Assembly (NCBI GenBank): GCA_016927515.1
Contig: JAFGMN010000256.1
Coordinates: forward strand, 1-56,120
Direction: 5' to 3'
Source of the DNA: a candidate division CSSED10-310 bacterium
Lineage (GTDB): Bacteria > CSSED10-310
Length of the DNA stretch: 56,120 bases
The notes beneath the pieces were generated by a model, which saw only the letters and a list, made by a program, of their open reading frames with translations, did no database searches and was not told where the DNA came from. The stretch's first letter is position 1. Each line of letters begins with the position of its first letter. The translations under genes were made by a program, and so were the position numbers. This document shows, in pieces, positions 39,488 to 48,800 of this stretch.

Positions 39488-40210
39488 ATGAACGGGGCTT
39501 CACAAGATATGGAAATCCGCCTCCGCGATGATGGTCTGGCCATTCGGACAGACCGGGACGGCTATTGGTTCGGAAACGAAGTTTTAGAGCTAGTTGCCGC
39601 CATGGGTCACCGTACCTGGAATCGAGCGGTGGACTTGGGATGTGGTGATGGAGTCATTGCGCTTTTGCTAGCGCGTCGCGGCTTGGCCCGAGAAATCTGG
39701 GCAGTGGATATCGATGATGACCATTGTCGGCGAGCGGCGGTCAATATTGACACACATGGTCTGACCGGAATGATCCGGGTTTTCCGGAGAGATATCCGCC
39801 AGTTGCGAGGCATGCTACAGAAATCCTCAGTCGATCTGATTACAGCGAATCCCCCGTTTTTTCCGCTCGATCGGGATTTTTTACCCGTATCGGAAAGCGA
39901 GACCCATGCGCGCCAGGAAGTTAACGGCAATCTGAGGATTTTTCTACATGCCGCTGATTATCTGGCATCCCGCCGAGCGGACCTGTTTATGATCTATCAC
40001 CCCGGTCGCCTTGATGTTTTATTCTATGAGTTGCAATTGACCCGGTTCCGATGCAAATCTCTTCGTATACTCCACCATCGGGACGGCCGGGCGTTGTTTG
40101 TTATATGTCATGCCGCTAATCATGGAAAGCCGGGGATGCAGATCGAACCACCAATTACGATGGCGGACTCGATTAAAACATCGATGAAGGAATCACATCA
40201 TGGAGATTAA
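39488..40210 (+). CDS. SAM-dependent methyltransferase, tRNA1(Val) A37-N6 methyltransferase-like
   Basis: DLGCGDG, ANPPFF, ARQE, IYHP.RL. Start may be ATG 39509. Confidence 0.75.
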   Translation: MNGASQDMEIRLRDDGLAIRTDRDGYWFGNEVLELVAAMGHRTWNRAVDLGCGDGVIALLLARRGLAREIWAVDIDDDHCRRAAVNIDTHGLTGMIRVFRRDIRQLRGMLQKSSVDLITANPPFFPLDRDFLPVSESETHARQEVNGNLRIFLHAADYLASRRADLFMIYHPGRLDVLFYELQLTRFRCKSLRILHHRDGRALFVICHAANHGKPGMQIEPPITMADSIKTSMKESHHGD

Positions 40211-41699
40211 CCTCGCCGGAATGAACATTGACCATTCTCTGCTGCAGGACACGATCCGCCTGTTGCGGCGCGCAGCGGATTGCTTGACGCAGGAAAAACC
40301 CAATTTGCAGGAAAATCGACGGGTTGCCGATGCCATTTTTGCCCTATTGGATGCCGATAGCATGACGCCGGAAACACTCTCCGCTGCCTATGCCCGAATC
40401 AGCCGGGATCCTCGATCCGTCGATCAACTCCGGGAAGAATCCCGATATCGAGTAGGGAAGGCGCGCCGCTCCAACCGGACGATCATCTTCGGTCTCGGGC
40501 ATGCATCGGTCGCAGAGCATGCCGTTTTCAACCTGGATGTCATCGGTATCAGCCGGTATCTGTCCGAGTATATCCAGTCTCACCGGCTGGGTTCCTATAC
40601 GGAGAAGTCGCAGCGATACATTCGTCTGGACTCTGACTACACAATCCCTCCCGAGTTGATCGGAACACCACTGAGCCGGGATTTTGAGCAGTTCATTCAG
40701 CGGCGATTCGACGATTACCACGCGCTGTGCCGTATCATCGAGAAGGAATTGGATTCGGCGGAGCCCGACGTAGCCGGTGAAGATGCACGGTATGTTCTGC
40801 CCCTAGCGGTCACGACACAGATGGGGATGACAGTGAACGCTCGAACATTGGAGCGAATACTACAGAGAGCTGCTTCATCCGGTCTTCAGGAGTTCCAGGA
40901 ATGGGGTCGACGCGTCTTTTCGGTCATCGACGGTATTGCGCCCTCTATCATTAAATACACGGCACACTCCGATCGCCAGACAGCTATCGAAACCGCGCTT
41001 CGATCTTACCAATCGCGTGAGAAACCGGATCCGACAGCACCCGGAATCCGTCCACCGGTCCAACTGGTATCGGTCACTCCTGATGGTGACCGTCGGGTTG
41101 TCGAGGCTCTTTTGGCCGGATTATCGGGTCAATCCATTGGCGAAACGCACGAGTCGTTCCTCGATGATCCCGCAATTCGACGGCAGATTTTTCTAGATGT
41201 ATTCCGGGAGATGGAACCATGGGATCCACCTCCCCGGGAGTTCGAATTGGCGGATGCACAATTCGAATTGCTGATCAGTGCCGCTGCATATGCGCAGTTA
41301 AAACGCCATCGCATGGTCACGCTCCGGCCCGGACCCTATGATCCGCGTTTGGATATCACGATCCCTCCGGTATTGAAAGAGGGTCGGGGTGAAGTCATTC
41401 TTCGATCTGCGGCAGCAGAAAGCGCTGCGATAGCTCACCGCATGATGTGTCAGGCACCGCTGGCTGCACCTTACGCATTCTTGGCGTGTCACCGTCGGCG
41501 AATCATCATGAAAGTCAACGCCCGTGAACTGATTCACCTTTCGCGATTGCGGGAGGATGTACATGCGCAATGGGATATCCGGGAAATTGTTACTGCGATG
41601 GTCACTCTTGCGAGAGCGCAGCTACCTGGCTGTATGATCGCAGCATGTGGTAAACACGCGTTCGAAGCATACCGGCAATCGCTGGGAATTTCATCCTGA
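40200..41699 (+). CDS. thyX: FAD-dependent thymidylate synthase, tandem two-domain ThyX
   Basis: GHASVAEHA, SYTEKSQRY, EDARYVLP, NAR.L; second domain with QLKRHR, NARELIH..RLR...HAQWDIR. Confidence 0.88.
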   Translation: MEINLAGMNIDHSLLQDTIRLLRRAADCLTQEKPNLQENRRVADAIFALLDADSMTPETLSAAYARISRDPRSVDQLREESRYRVGKARRSNRTIIFGLGHASVAEHAVFNLDVIGISRYLSEYIQSHRLGSYTEKSQRYIRLDSDYTIPPELIGTPLSRDFEQFIQRRFDDYHALCRIIEKELDSAEPDVAGEDARYVLPLAVTTQMGMTVNARTLERILQRAASSGLQEFQEWGRRVFSVIDGIAPSIIKYTAHSDRQTAIETALRSYQSREKPDPTAPGIRPPVQLVSVTPDGDRRVVEALLAGLSGQSIGETHESFLDDPAIRRQIFLDVFREMEPWDPPPREFELADAQFELLISAAAYAQLKRHRMVTLRPGPYDPRLDITIPPVLKEGRGEVILRSAAAESAAIAHRMMCQAPLAAPYAFLACHRRRIIMKVNARELIHLSRLREDVHAQWDIREIVTAMVTLARAQLPGCMIAACGKHAFEAYRQSLGISS

Positions 41700-41719
41700 T
41701 TGCTCAGGAACTCAGGGAC

Positions 41720-42163
41720 TCAGGGACTGTTCGGGGTTGACTCGAGATCGTATGGGTTGCCGGGCATCACAATTGTATATCCCGGTTGACCGCCGCCGGT
41801 GGCAACCAGGTTTGCGAAGACAGCGCTCCATAAATAAATTGCGTCTTCAGAAGCCTGAATATCGTAGTTTCCAAAGCCGAAGTTTTCTCCGACTGAATAC
41901 CATCCTTCGGACGTGCTGGGCATCTATGCGGGGGCCGCACTGATTGTCGAAGTAGCGGAAACCAGGAACGAACCGGTAGCGCTATCGAACAAGGTGAGTG
42001 TGACCGTGGCAGGCTGAGTACCGGCATTCACGATCGACCAGAAACCCTGGATCGAAAATCCATGCTGCCAAAAAGGAAACGGAACCGTTTCATCCGAAAA
42101 CGCGCTATAAGGCATCAGACCCATCATTGAAATCATGACAATACCAACAATCGCATTATTCAT
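41720..42163 (-). pseudogene. Paralog of the secreted protein at 42470-42892, interrupted by an in-frame TAG (41924-41926)
   Basis: Two consecutive in-frame ORFs align end to end with the neighbouring gene; the TAG sits at a Trp codon of the paralog; AAGGAG RBS intact. Confidence 0.75.
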
Positions 42164-42220
42164 TTGGTTCTCCTTGAATAATGGCTAATCACACGGAAAA
42201 TCAGTGGAATCTTGTATCAA

Positions 42221-42249
42221 TACAAACCGATAGGTAATCGCTTTGTTCC
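42221..42249 (-). promoter_or_regulatory. Putative ECF-sigma promoter
   Basis: GGAAC-N16-GGTTTGTA; same pattern upstream of the paralog. Confidence 0.55.
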
Positions 42250-42418
42250 ATTCTTAGACACACATTCTCTGGGTAAAACGACGGCGTATCCAGATGGTCC
42301 AATGGGTGCATTATCGGCCGCAGCACGTCAGGGAAAGGGTGGGCGTGTCCACAACGGTAGGTGCGATACGCTTGGTCGCAACCATGAAAGCCTAACTATA
42401 TTTTCAGCGCCAGAACAC

Positions 42419-42447
42419 AAAAAAACCCCGGCCGAAGGCCGGGGTTT
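42419..42447 (-). terminator. Rho-independent terminator
   Basis: AAACCCCGGCC-ttc-GGCCGGGG followed by T7, just after the 42470 stop. Confidence 0.9.
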
Positions 42448-42469
42448 CCATACGATTCTTCTGATCGAA

Positions 42470-42892
42470 TTACATGCCGTAGGGGTTGCCGGGCATAACA
42501 ATCGTGTAGCCGGGCTGACCGCCGCCGGTGGCAACCAGGTTCGCGAACACCGCGCCCCACAGATAGATCTCGTCTTCGGTGGCCTGGATGTCATAGTTTC
42601 CGAAACCGTAGTTGTCGCCGATATCATACCAAGCTTCAGCGGTGCCGGGCTGCCAGGCAGCGCCAGCATTCACGGTGGCGGTGGTGGAGATCAGCCAGTT
42701 GCCGGTTGCGCCGTCGAACAGGTTGATGGTAACGGTGGCGGGCTGGGTGCCGGCGTTAACGATTGACCAGAAACCCTGGATCGAGAAGCCATGCTGCCAG
42801 AAGGGGAAAGGAACTGTTTCATCGGTCAAAGCCACATTGGCCATCAGGCCGAACACCAGAACCATCGCGATCGCTACGAATGCTTTCTTCAT
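42470..42892 (-). CDS. Small secreted beta-rich protein (140 aa), unknown function
   Basis: AAGGAG RBS, Sec signal MKKAFVAIAMVLVFGLMANVALT-DE, own terminator, conserved paralog next door. Confidence 0.85.
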   Translation of the reverse strand: MKKAFVAIAMVLVFGLMANVALTDETVPFPFWQHGFSIQGFWSIVNAGTQPATVTINLFDGATGNWLISTTATVNAGAAWQPGTAEAWYDIGDNYGFGNYDIQATEDEIYLWGAVFANLVATGGGQPGYTIVMPGNPYGM

Positions 42893-42952
42893 TTTGAAAC
42901 TCCTTTTAATAAGGTGATTAAAAATCTGAGGGTTTCTCCCTCTCTCGCACCG

Positions 42953-42981
42953 TATAAACCGGTGAGGTTCCCAATGGTTCC
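42953..42981 (-). promoter_or_regulatory. Putative ECF-sigma promoter
   Basis: GGAAC-N16-GGTTTATA, about 60 nt upstream of the ATG. Confidence 0.55.
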
Positions 42982-43033
42982 CTAAAAAAAATCTTTTTCC
43001 GCGACCCCCCCGTCCTTTGTCTTTTCTACCCCG

Positions 43034-43067
43034 AAAAAAAGAACCTCCGGTCTTGGACCGGAGGTTC
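43034..43067 (-). terminator. Rho-independent terminator
   Basis: 12-bp perfect stem GAACCTCCGGTC/GACCGGAGGTTC followed by T7 on the minus strand, after the peptidase gene. Confidence 0.9.
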
Positions 43068-43105
43068 CATCCTGCATCTTCAATCCGAAACATTCAGAGG
43101 CTGAT

Positions 43106-45655
43106 TTACAGCGGATCTACACAGCTTTGGCTTCCCAGCGCCGTCATGAAAATCTGCTGTGCATCACCTGCTGTGATGCTCTCATCGCCGTTACAGTCAG
43201 CACTGCAGGCCTCTTGATACGAGGGCGAATATGAACCCAGAGCGATCTGAAACGCCAGTTGGGCATCACCGGCCGTAATGGCGTCATCGTCGTTGACATC
43301 ACCGTTGTTCACGCATTCATTCGGAGTCCAGGTCGGAACCGGGGTCGGCGTCACTTCAGGCAGCGATTTTCCGCAAATCGAAATGTCATCGATGTAGTAA
43401 CCGTAATCGACAACCGACGTGTCGGTTTCCAGCCGCCATCGCACGTAGACCGCCGGCTGACCATCAGCCACTCCCGAAATGTCAAAAATCTGTTCCGTCC
43501 AGACCGTATCTTGCGCATAACCGGTCCAAACCACTGTCCAAGTCTGATTGTCAGAGGAAACCTCAACATATGCTTCATCCCAGTTTTCTTCATTCTGGAG
43601 CCATCGGTAAAAATGCAGTTCCGTATCCGTAATCGTCGAACAGTCGAACGGGGTCGACGTGAGCTTGTATGTCGCATTGTTGCTGTAATTACCATCAAGG
43701 TTCGTTCCGTAACAGGTTGTTCCGCTGTAAGGTGAAGAGGGACCAGCAACAGGCTGGCCAAACTCCCAGCCATTGGACCCACTGTTTTCAATGGTGTAAC
43801 CGGGATCGCTGTCCAACGTTTCCAGATACAACGGGCATTGCCAGACATACCGGGAAATCACGACTCGAATCACGCTGGATTCGGCGCACAACACCTGATC
43901 CGCTGAAAAGGTTACCATCAATTCCGCAACATATTCATCGGGTGCAGATGGCGATGCCTGAATCTGGAAATGAGGCAACTGTGTTGTCCCCGTTCCGCCA
44001 TCAGGAATGTTTCCGATGACGGCACTCCCATCCAAAATGACAATATATGGATCCGATGATGTGAGTGCTGCCTGAACATTCGTCGTCGAACCAATCGAAG
44101 TAGCAGTCAACGCCAGATTGGCGGTTTCACCCGGATCGAGAACCCCATCGTCATCCCCCTGCGTATCAATAATCTGCTGATTGACGGGGAAAACGCCGTA
44201 ACTACCGGTTGGAACCAGCATAATGTCCTGATCGAGCTGGCTGCTCCCCACCATCACCGGCAGAACCGTGTCACCGTACCCGGCTGCACTGGCGACCAAC
44301 GTATAATCACCGGACACAACGGGCCACCAGTACCGGCCGAATGCATCGGTTACACGGGGAAGTTCGTCGGCTGTCAGCGGAATTTCTTGAAGACCGAATT
44401 CGGCACCTTCGATCGGCACCCCCGTGCAGGCATCGAGAATGTGCCCCGTTAGGAGCGGTCCTTCCATCCGATTCAGCAGATACTGCCATCCGGCGCGGTT
44501 ACGTTGCACGGTCGAATCTCGCCACTGATTGTAATTCGGAAGAAAACCCTGTGACATCGAATTCACTTCGATCACGTAGGCGAAAGTTCCCAGATCCGTA
44601 TAATACCAATCGATATCACCGCCGTCGGTTGCATACAGCAGTTCCCAACACGTGCCTGGAGAATATCCCATGGTGCCGCTGTCGCATTCGATGACCGAGG
44701 CGATACCCTGTCCGATCGCCGACACCGCGTCATGATCGGGAGTTATCTCACCATCGCAGCCGTACGGGTAGATCACCAGTTCGGAATAGGAATGATAGGA
44801 GATGTCGAAAACGGGTTTGATTGTCGATGCAAACGTGATCATATTCGTTACGCAGTAACTTTCGGCGGGGAACTGCCCCCGGTACGTATCGCTGGACGGG
44901 CTTCCGGAACTGCCGTTGCAGGAACCCCAGAACGACGGGTAATTCCGATTGGGATCGATTCCGTAATAGGATGATCCTGACGGTGGATCGTGGCGATCTT
45001 TCCGCCAATCATCGTTATTGGTGAAAACGTATTCCACGCCGTCAAGATTTACCTGGGGAACAACCCAGATTTCATACGTATCTACCCAGTGCGTGACCTG
45101 CGGATCCGTTCCGTAGTTCGTCAGCAGATAATCGACGATATCCGTCGTAATCTCCGCCGTCATCACCTCCCGGGCATGATGTTGACCGTTAAACAGAATC
45201 GCCAGTTCATCTTCATCGGTATCGGCGTTGTCGGAAATTTTAATCGCGATCATTGACCGTCCCTGTTCCGTATCACCGATCGTGACCAGTTGTGTCAAAT
45301 CCGGGTACGTATCGGCGAGTTGAGTGATCAGGGCAGTCATTTCCGCCGGTTGCAGATACTGCGGATCGACTTTCACGCCATCGCCGGGCACTCGGATCAC
45401 GTCGACCGTATACCGTTTTTCCAGATCCAGCAGCGTTTCTTCCGAAACAACCAGACCGATCCGGAATGTCTCCCGATCCACTCCCGCCAGATCGAGATGC
45501 ATCGTCTGAACGTCTTTCAGGGCCGCCGCAAAAGCTTCCTTATCAGGACAAACCAATTGCACCTGATACCGATTTTCCGATTCCGTCGCAGCCACACCAG
45601 CAACAGAAAGCGCGAGAATAAACGCAAGCGATATCACCAACACTGTCTTTGTCAT
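43106..45655 (-). CDS. Secreted M14 zinc carboxypeptidase (carboxypeptidase T-like) with accessory beta domains and C-terminal dockerin-like domain
   Basis: Signal peptide, HHARE, WRKD, GIDPNRNY, SYHSY, YVIEV; PT linker; GDVNDDDAITAGDAQ...ADCNGDESITAGDAQ duplicated Ca-binding loops. Confidence 0.88.
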   Translation of the reverse strand: MTKTVLVISLAFILALSVAGVAATESENRYQVQLVCPDKEAFAAALKDVQTMHLDLAGVDRETFRIGLVVSEETLLDLEKRYTVDVIRVPGDGVKVDPQYLQPAEMTALITQLADTYPDLTQLVTIGDTEQGRSMIAIKISDNADTDEDELAILFNGQHHAREVMTAEITTDIVDYLLTNYGTDPQVTHWVDTYEIWVVPQVNLDGVEYVFTNNDDWRKDRHDPPSGSSYYGIDPNRNYPSFWGSCNGSSGSPSSDTYRGQFPAESYCVTNMITFASTIKPVFDISYHSYSELVIYPYGCDGEITPDHDAVSAIGQGIASVIECDSGTMGYSPGTCWELLYATDGGDIDWYYTDLGTFAYVIEVNSMSQGFLPNYNQWRDSTVQRNRAGWQYLLNRMEGPLLTGHILDACTGVPIEGAEFGLQEIPLTADELPRVTDAFGRYWWPVVSGDYTLVASAAGYGDTVLPVMVGSSQLDQDIMLVPTGSYGVFPVNQQIIDTQGDDDGVLDPGETANLALTATSIGSTTNVQAALTSSDPYIVILDGSAVIGNIPDGGTGTTQLPHFQIQASPSAPDEYVAELMVTFSADQVLCAESSVIRVVISRYVWQCPLYLETLDSDPGYTIENSGSNGWEFGQPVAGPSSPYSGTTCYGTNLDGNYSNNATYKLTSTPFDCSTITDTELHFYRWLQNEENWDEAYVEVSSDNQTWTVVWTGYAQDTVWTEQIFDISGVADGQPAVYVRWRLETDTSVVDYGYYIDDISICGKSLPEVTPTPVPTWTPNECVNNGDVNDDDAITAGDAQLAFQIALGSYSPSYQEACSADCNGDESITAGDAQQIFMTALGSQSCVDPL

Positions 45656-45721
45656 TTTCTCCCCCTTGATTCAGAAATAGTGATTCCGGGCATGCACCGG
45701 ACTTGTTTCGGGCATTACCTT

Positions 45722-45738
45722 TGCAAAAAACGGGCCGA
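45722..45738 (-). promoter_or_regulatory. Putative sigma54 (-24/-12) promoter
   Basis: tcGGcccgttttttGCa: GG-N10-GC with TTGCA, about 67 nt upstream of the ATG. Confidence 0.55.
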
Positions 45739-45821
45739 AAATGGAACAGGCTTCCGATTTTCAATTACCGGAAGCCTGCTGATCCGTTATTTTCTGATAT
45801 CACTCAGATGTCAACAGGGCG

Positions 45822-48800
45822 CTATTGTACATCATCAAACAGAGCCATTACTTGAATTCGGGGTGTCTCCCGATTCAGGGTGGAAAAGCCAGCTATCGAA
45901 TCGAACACAAGATGGGCAATGATGCCGTGCGACCCGGATGGGATACCGGCTTGATCCGGTGTTCCCACGCTGTAACCGCCGATGCGGAGTCGATTTCCAG
46001 GGAGTTCCTGAGAATCAAACTCCACCCAGCCTGGATCCAGATCACCGGGATATGCATCGATCAGACGCAAACAGGATGCATCGTAAGCCAGTTCGATCAG
46101 GAATGCATCAATGGGTTTGTGGTTATCGGATATCCGGACTTCGACATTCCACTGGTTTCCATTTGGCCGCACCGAACCCACGGTGACCGTTCTCTCCTCT
46201 GCAGCGAGTTCTTTCCTGATTCCCCTTCCCATGATTCGAGGTAACGGATCCAGGCAAGACGAGCTTCCCAGGGCAGTCAGGAAAACACCCTGCGCATCTC
46301 CGGCCGTCACTTCGCTGTCGCCGTTGCAATCCGCAGCGCAGAACTCGACCTGAGTCGGCGTATACGCACCCAGTGCGATCAGGAACGTGGTTTGTGCATC
46401 TCCGGCCGTCACCTCGCCATCAGCGTTGACATCGCCATGGTGCAGGCATCCCGATGTCGAGGTGGGTGTCGGTGAGGGAGTGCTGGTCGGCGGCAAGGTC
46501 GGCGTTGGTTGAACCTGTCCAGCTCCCTCCGCCAGTCCACAGATCCAAACGTCATCGATGTAATGACCGGCCTGGCTGATCGACGAGTCCGCCCGGACAT
46601 CGAAGCGGAGTTCGACCTGCGGTTCATCATCCGCCCATGCGGATATATCCAGTTCCCGCCATTGCCATCCACCGGAACTGCCGTCTTCATCCAGGATGGT
46701 CACCCAGGATCCTCCGTCACTCCTGATCCGGACCCGGGCGTGATCATAGGAATTTTCAACTTCGTAATACTGAGCAAACTTCAGTGCCACTTCCGTGACA
46801 TTGGAACAATCGATGGGAGGAGATGTCAGGCATAGTGTCCAGTTGTTATCGTAATTCCCGGCCAGTCCCGTGCCATAGACGTATAATCCCGTATAGGCTC
46901 CGTCAGGGCCCACCTGCGGTTCACCGAATTCCCAGTTGTTATAGGGTCCCGGCGGAGAACCGGACGTGGGGTACGATGTGATTTCCCATCCCGGATCGGC
47001 ATTGAAGTTTTGTTCCCAGAATGGACACATGTAGTTGATCGAAAACACGCGGACAAACGTCGTGTCCTCCGGGTCGCAGAGTGTCTGATCACATGAAAAT
47101 GTTACGGTCAGGTACGCTTGATGATACTCCGGAGTCCCCGCCGCTGCCGTAACCCGAAACCGATTGGCCGGACAATATGCGCCCCCTCCGGATGGAAGGT
47201 CTACCCATGCTGCACTGTTGTCGGTGATCGTGATATAGGGATCCGTTGTCGACAAGATTCCCGTGATTCCCGATACAGGGGCTCCCGGAGCCCAGATGGC
47301 CATATTCAGATAGGCCGTTTCCCCCGGATCCAACTGACCATCGTTGTCACCGGCCTGATCCTCGATCACCACCGCCCAGACTGCCAGACCGGGTTCGTCG
47401 GTGGGCAACAACCCGATATCGTAAGTGATCGGACCGGTCCCAAACAGCACGGGCACACGTCGCGAAAGATAACCGTCCGCCTCAACTATCAAATTCAATG
47501 TGCCAGCGTGTCCGACTGCCGTATAGAAGCCGGTCACCGGGTTGTTTTGCCGCGGCGATTCCTTTGGCGTCAGAGGATATTCCTCAAAGTAATACGTCGC
47601 CTGAACCGGCTGACCGGTGCAGGCGTCGGTGATCGTCCCTTGCACGATCGGTCCGGTTTCATAGAGATCCAGCACGTTCTGCCAGCCCGCCCGGTTTCGG
47701 GTAACCGTCGTGTTTCGGATCGAATACGCCGGGTAATAACTCGAGGCATTGACCTCCACCGCCATCGCCAAGCTACCAAACCCGGCATAAAAATAATCCG
47801 TCTCGTTACCATCATTGTTATACAGAATCTGCCACCATGCTCCGCTGTCATATCCATATCCGCCATCTTCCCGTTGAATCACCGCTCCCATGGAGCCAGC
47901 GAAACTGGACAGAATTCCAGCTTCCGGCGCTGATTCCCCCCAGCAGCCATACGGATACATGATCAACTCGTTAAAACTGTGATACGAGATCACCGCAGTG
48001 AAGGCATGATTCTGAGCCAGCGTCATGATTCCCTGGATCTCCGGCTCCGATCCGGGAGCAGTCCCGCGATAGCCACTGGAATTGGGATCCGATGAAGATC
48101 CAAAACACGCTCCCCAGTCGACATCGTAATTATGCCCCAGCGCAACGCCAAACACATCCCCACCCAACTCACGCCGATTCTTGATCCAATACTGATCCGT
48201 CGACCAACAATACGCGCTGCCGTCAGGATTCAGCATCGGAACAATCCAGATCTGCCACGAATTGACCCAATTCGTGACATCCGGGTTCGATCCGTAATTT
48301 TCCGCCAGGTAGATCGCCATATCCATCGCAATCTCCGTACTCATGATCTCCCGCGCTTCATGCAAACCCAAGACGAGAACTTCCGGTTCCTCCTCCTGAA
48401 CCAGAACATTGTCGGATATTTTCACCGCCCAAACCGTCCGGTTCTCCGCCGTAACCGCCAACTCATACCGCTTGACAATCGACGGGTAGGTCGTTTGCAG
48501 ATTGTTCAGCACATTCATGACCTCCGCATAATCATAATACTGAGGATCAATATCCCTATTACTTTCGACATCCTCTGCGGAACGGACCTCCGTCCAAGAC
48601 AATCCCATCTCATCCAGGATCTGCCGACCGTCGTCCGTCATCAACACATCCACGGAAAAGCGTTCCCGATCCAAACCAATCCGATCCACATGGTCACGGA
48701 TCGCCGGACCATGCTCCTTCATCACCATCTGATAATCCTTCAGCGATATCTCGGCAACACATCGCGACGATGCTTCCACCGAAATCCCAAACCCCATTCC

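Noticed and set aside
41703-41726. Three copies of an 8-bp unit (CTCAGGAA, CTCAGGGA, CTCAGGGA) between convergent genes
   Set aside because: Too short to assign a function and probably slippage, although it overlaps the stop of the interrupted paralog.
41924-41926. Genome-wide TAG reassignment
   Set aside because: TAG ends conserved genes at their expected C-termini (malQ 18450-18452, tal 20605-20607, DUF3343 37771-37773), so it is an ordinary stop here.
42212-42766. 184-aa + strand ORF and other long antisense ORFs (e.g. 1619-2374, 25194-25931, 47118-47933)
   Set aside because: They are shadows of well-supported opposite-strand genes, with no RBS or recognisable motifs.
42893-43093. N-terminal extension of the 207-aa ORF in the ORF track
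   Set aside because: It runs through a terminator and promoter. RBS, signal peptide and the paralog all place the start at 42892.
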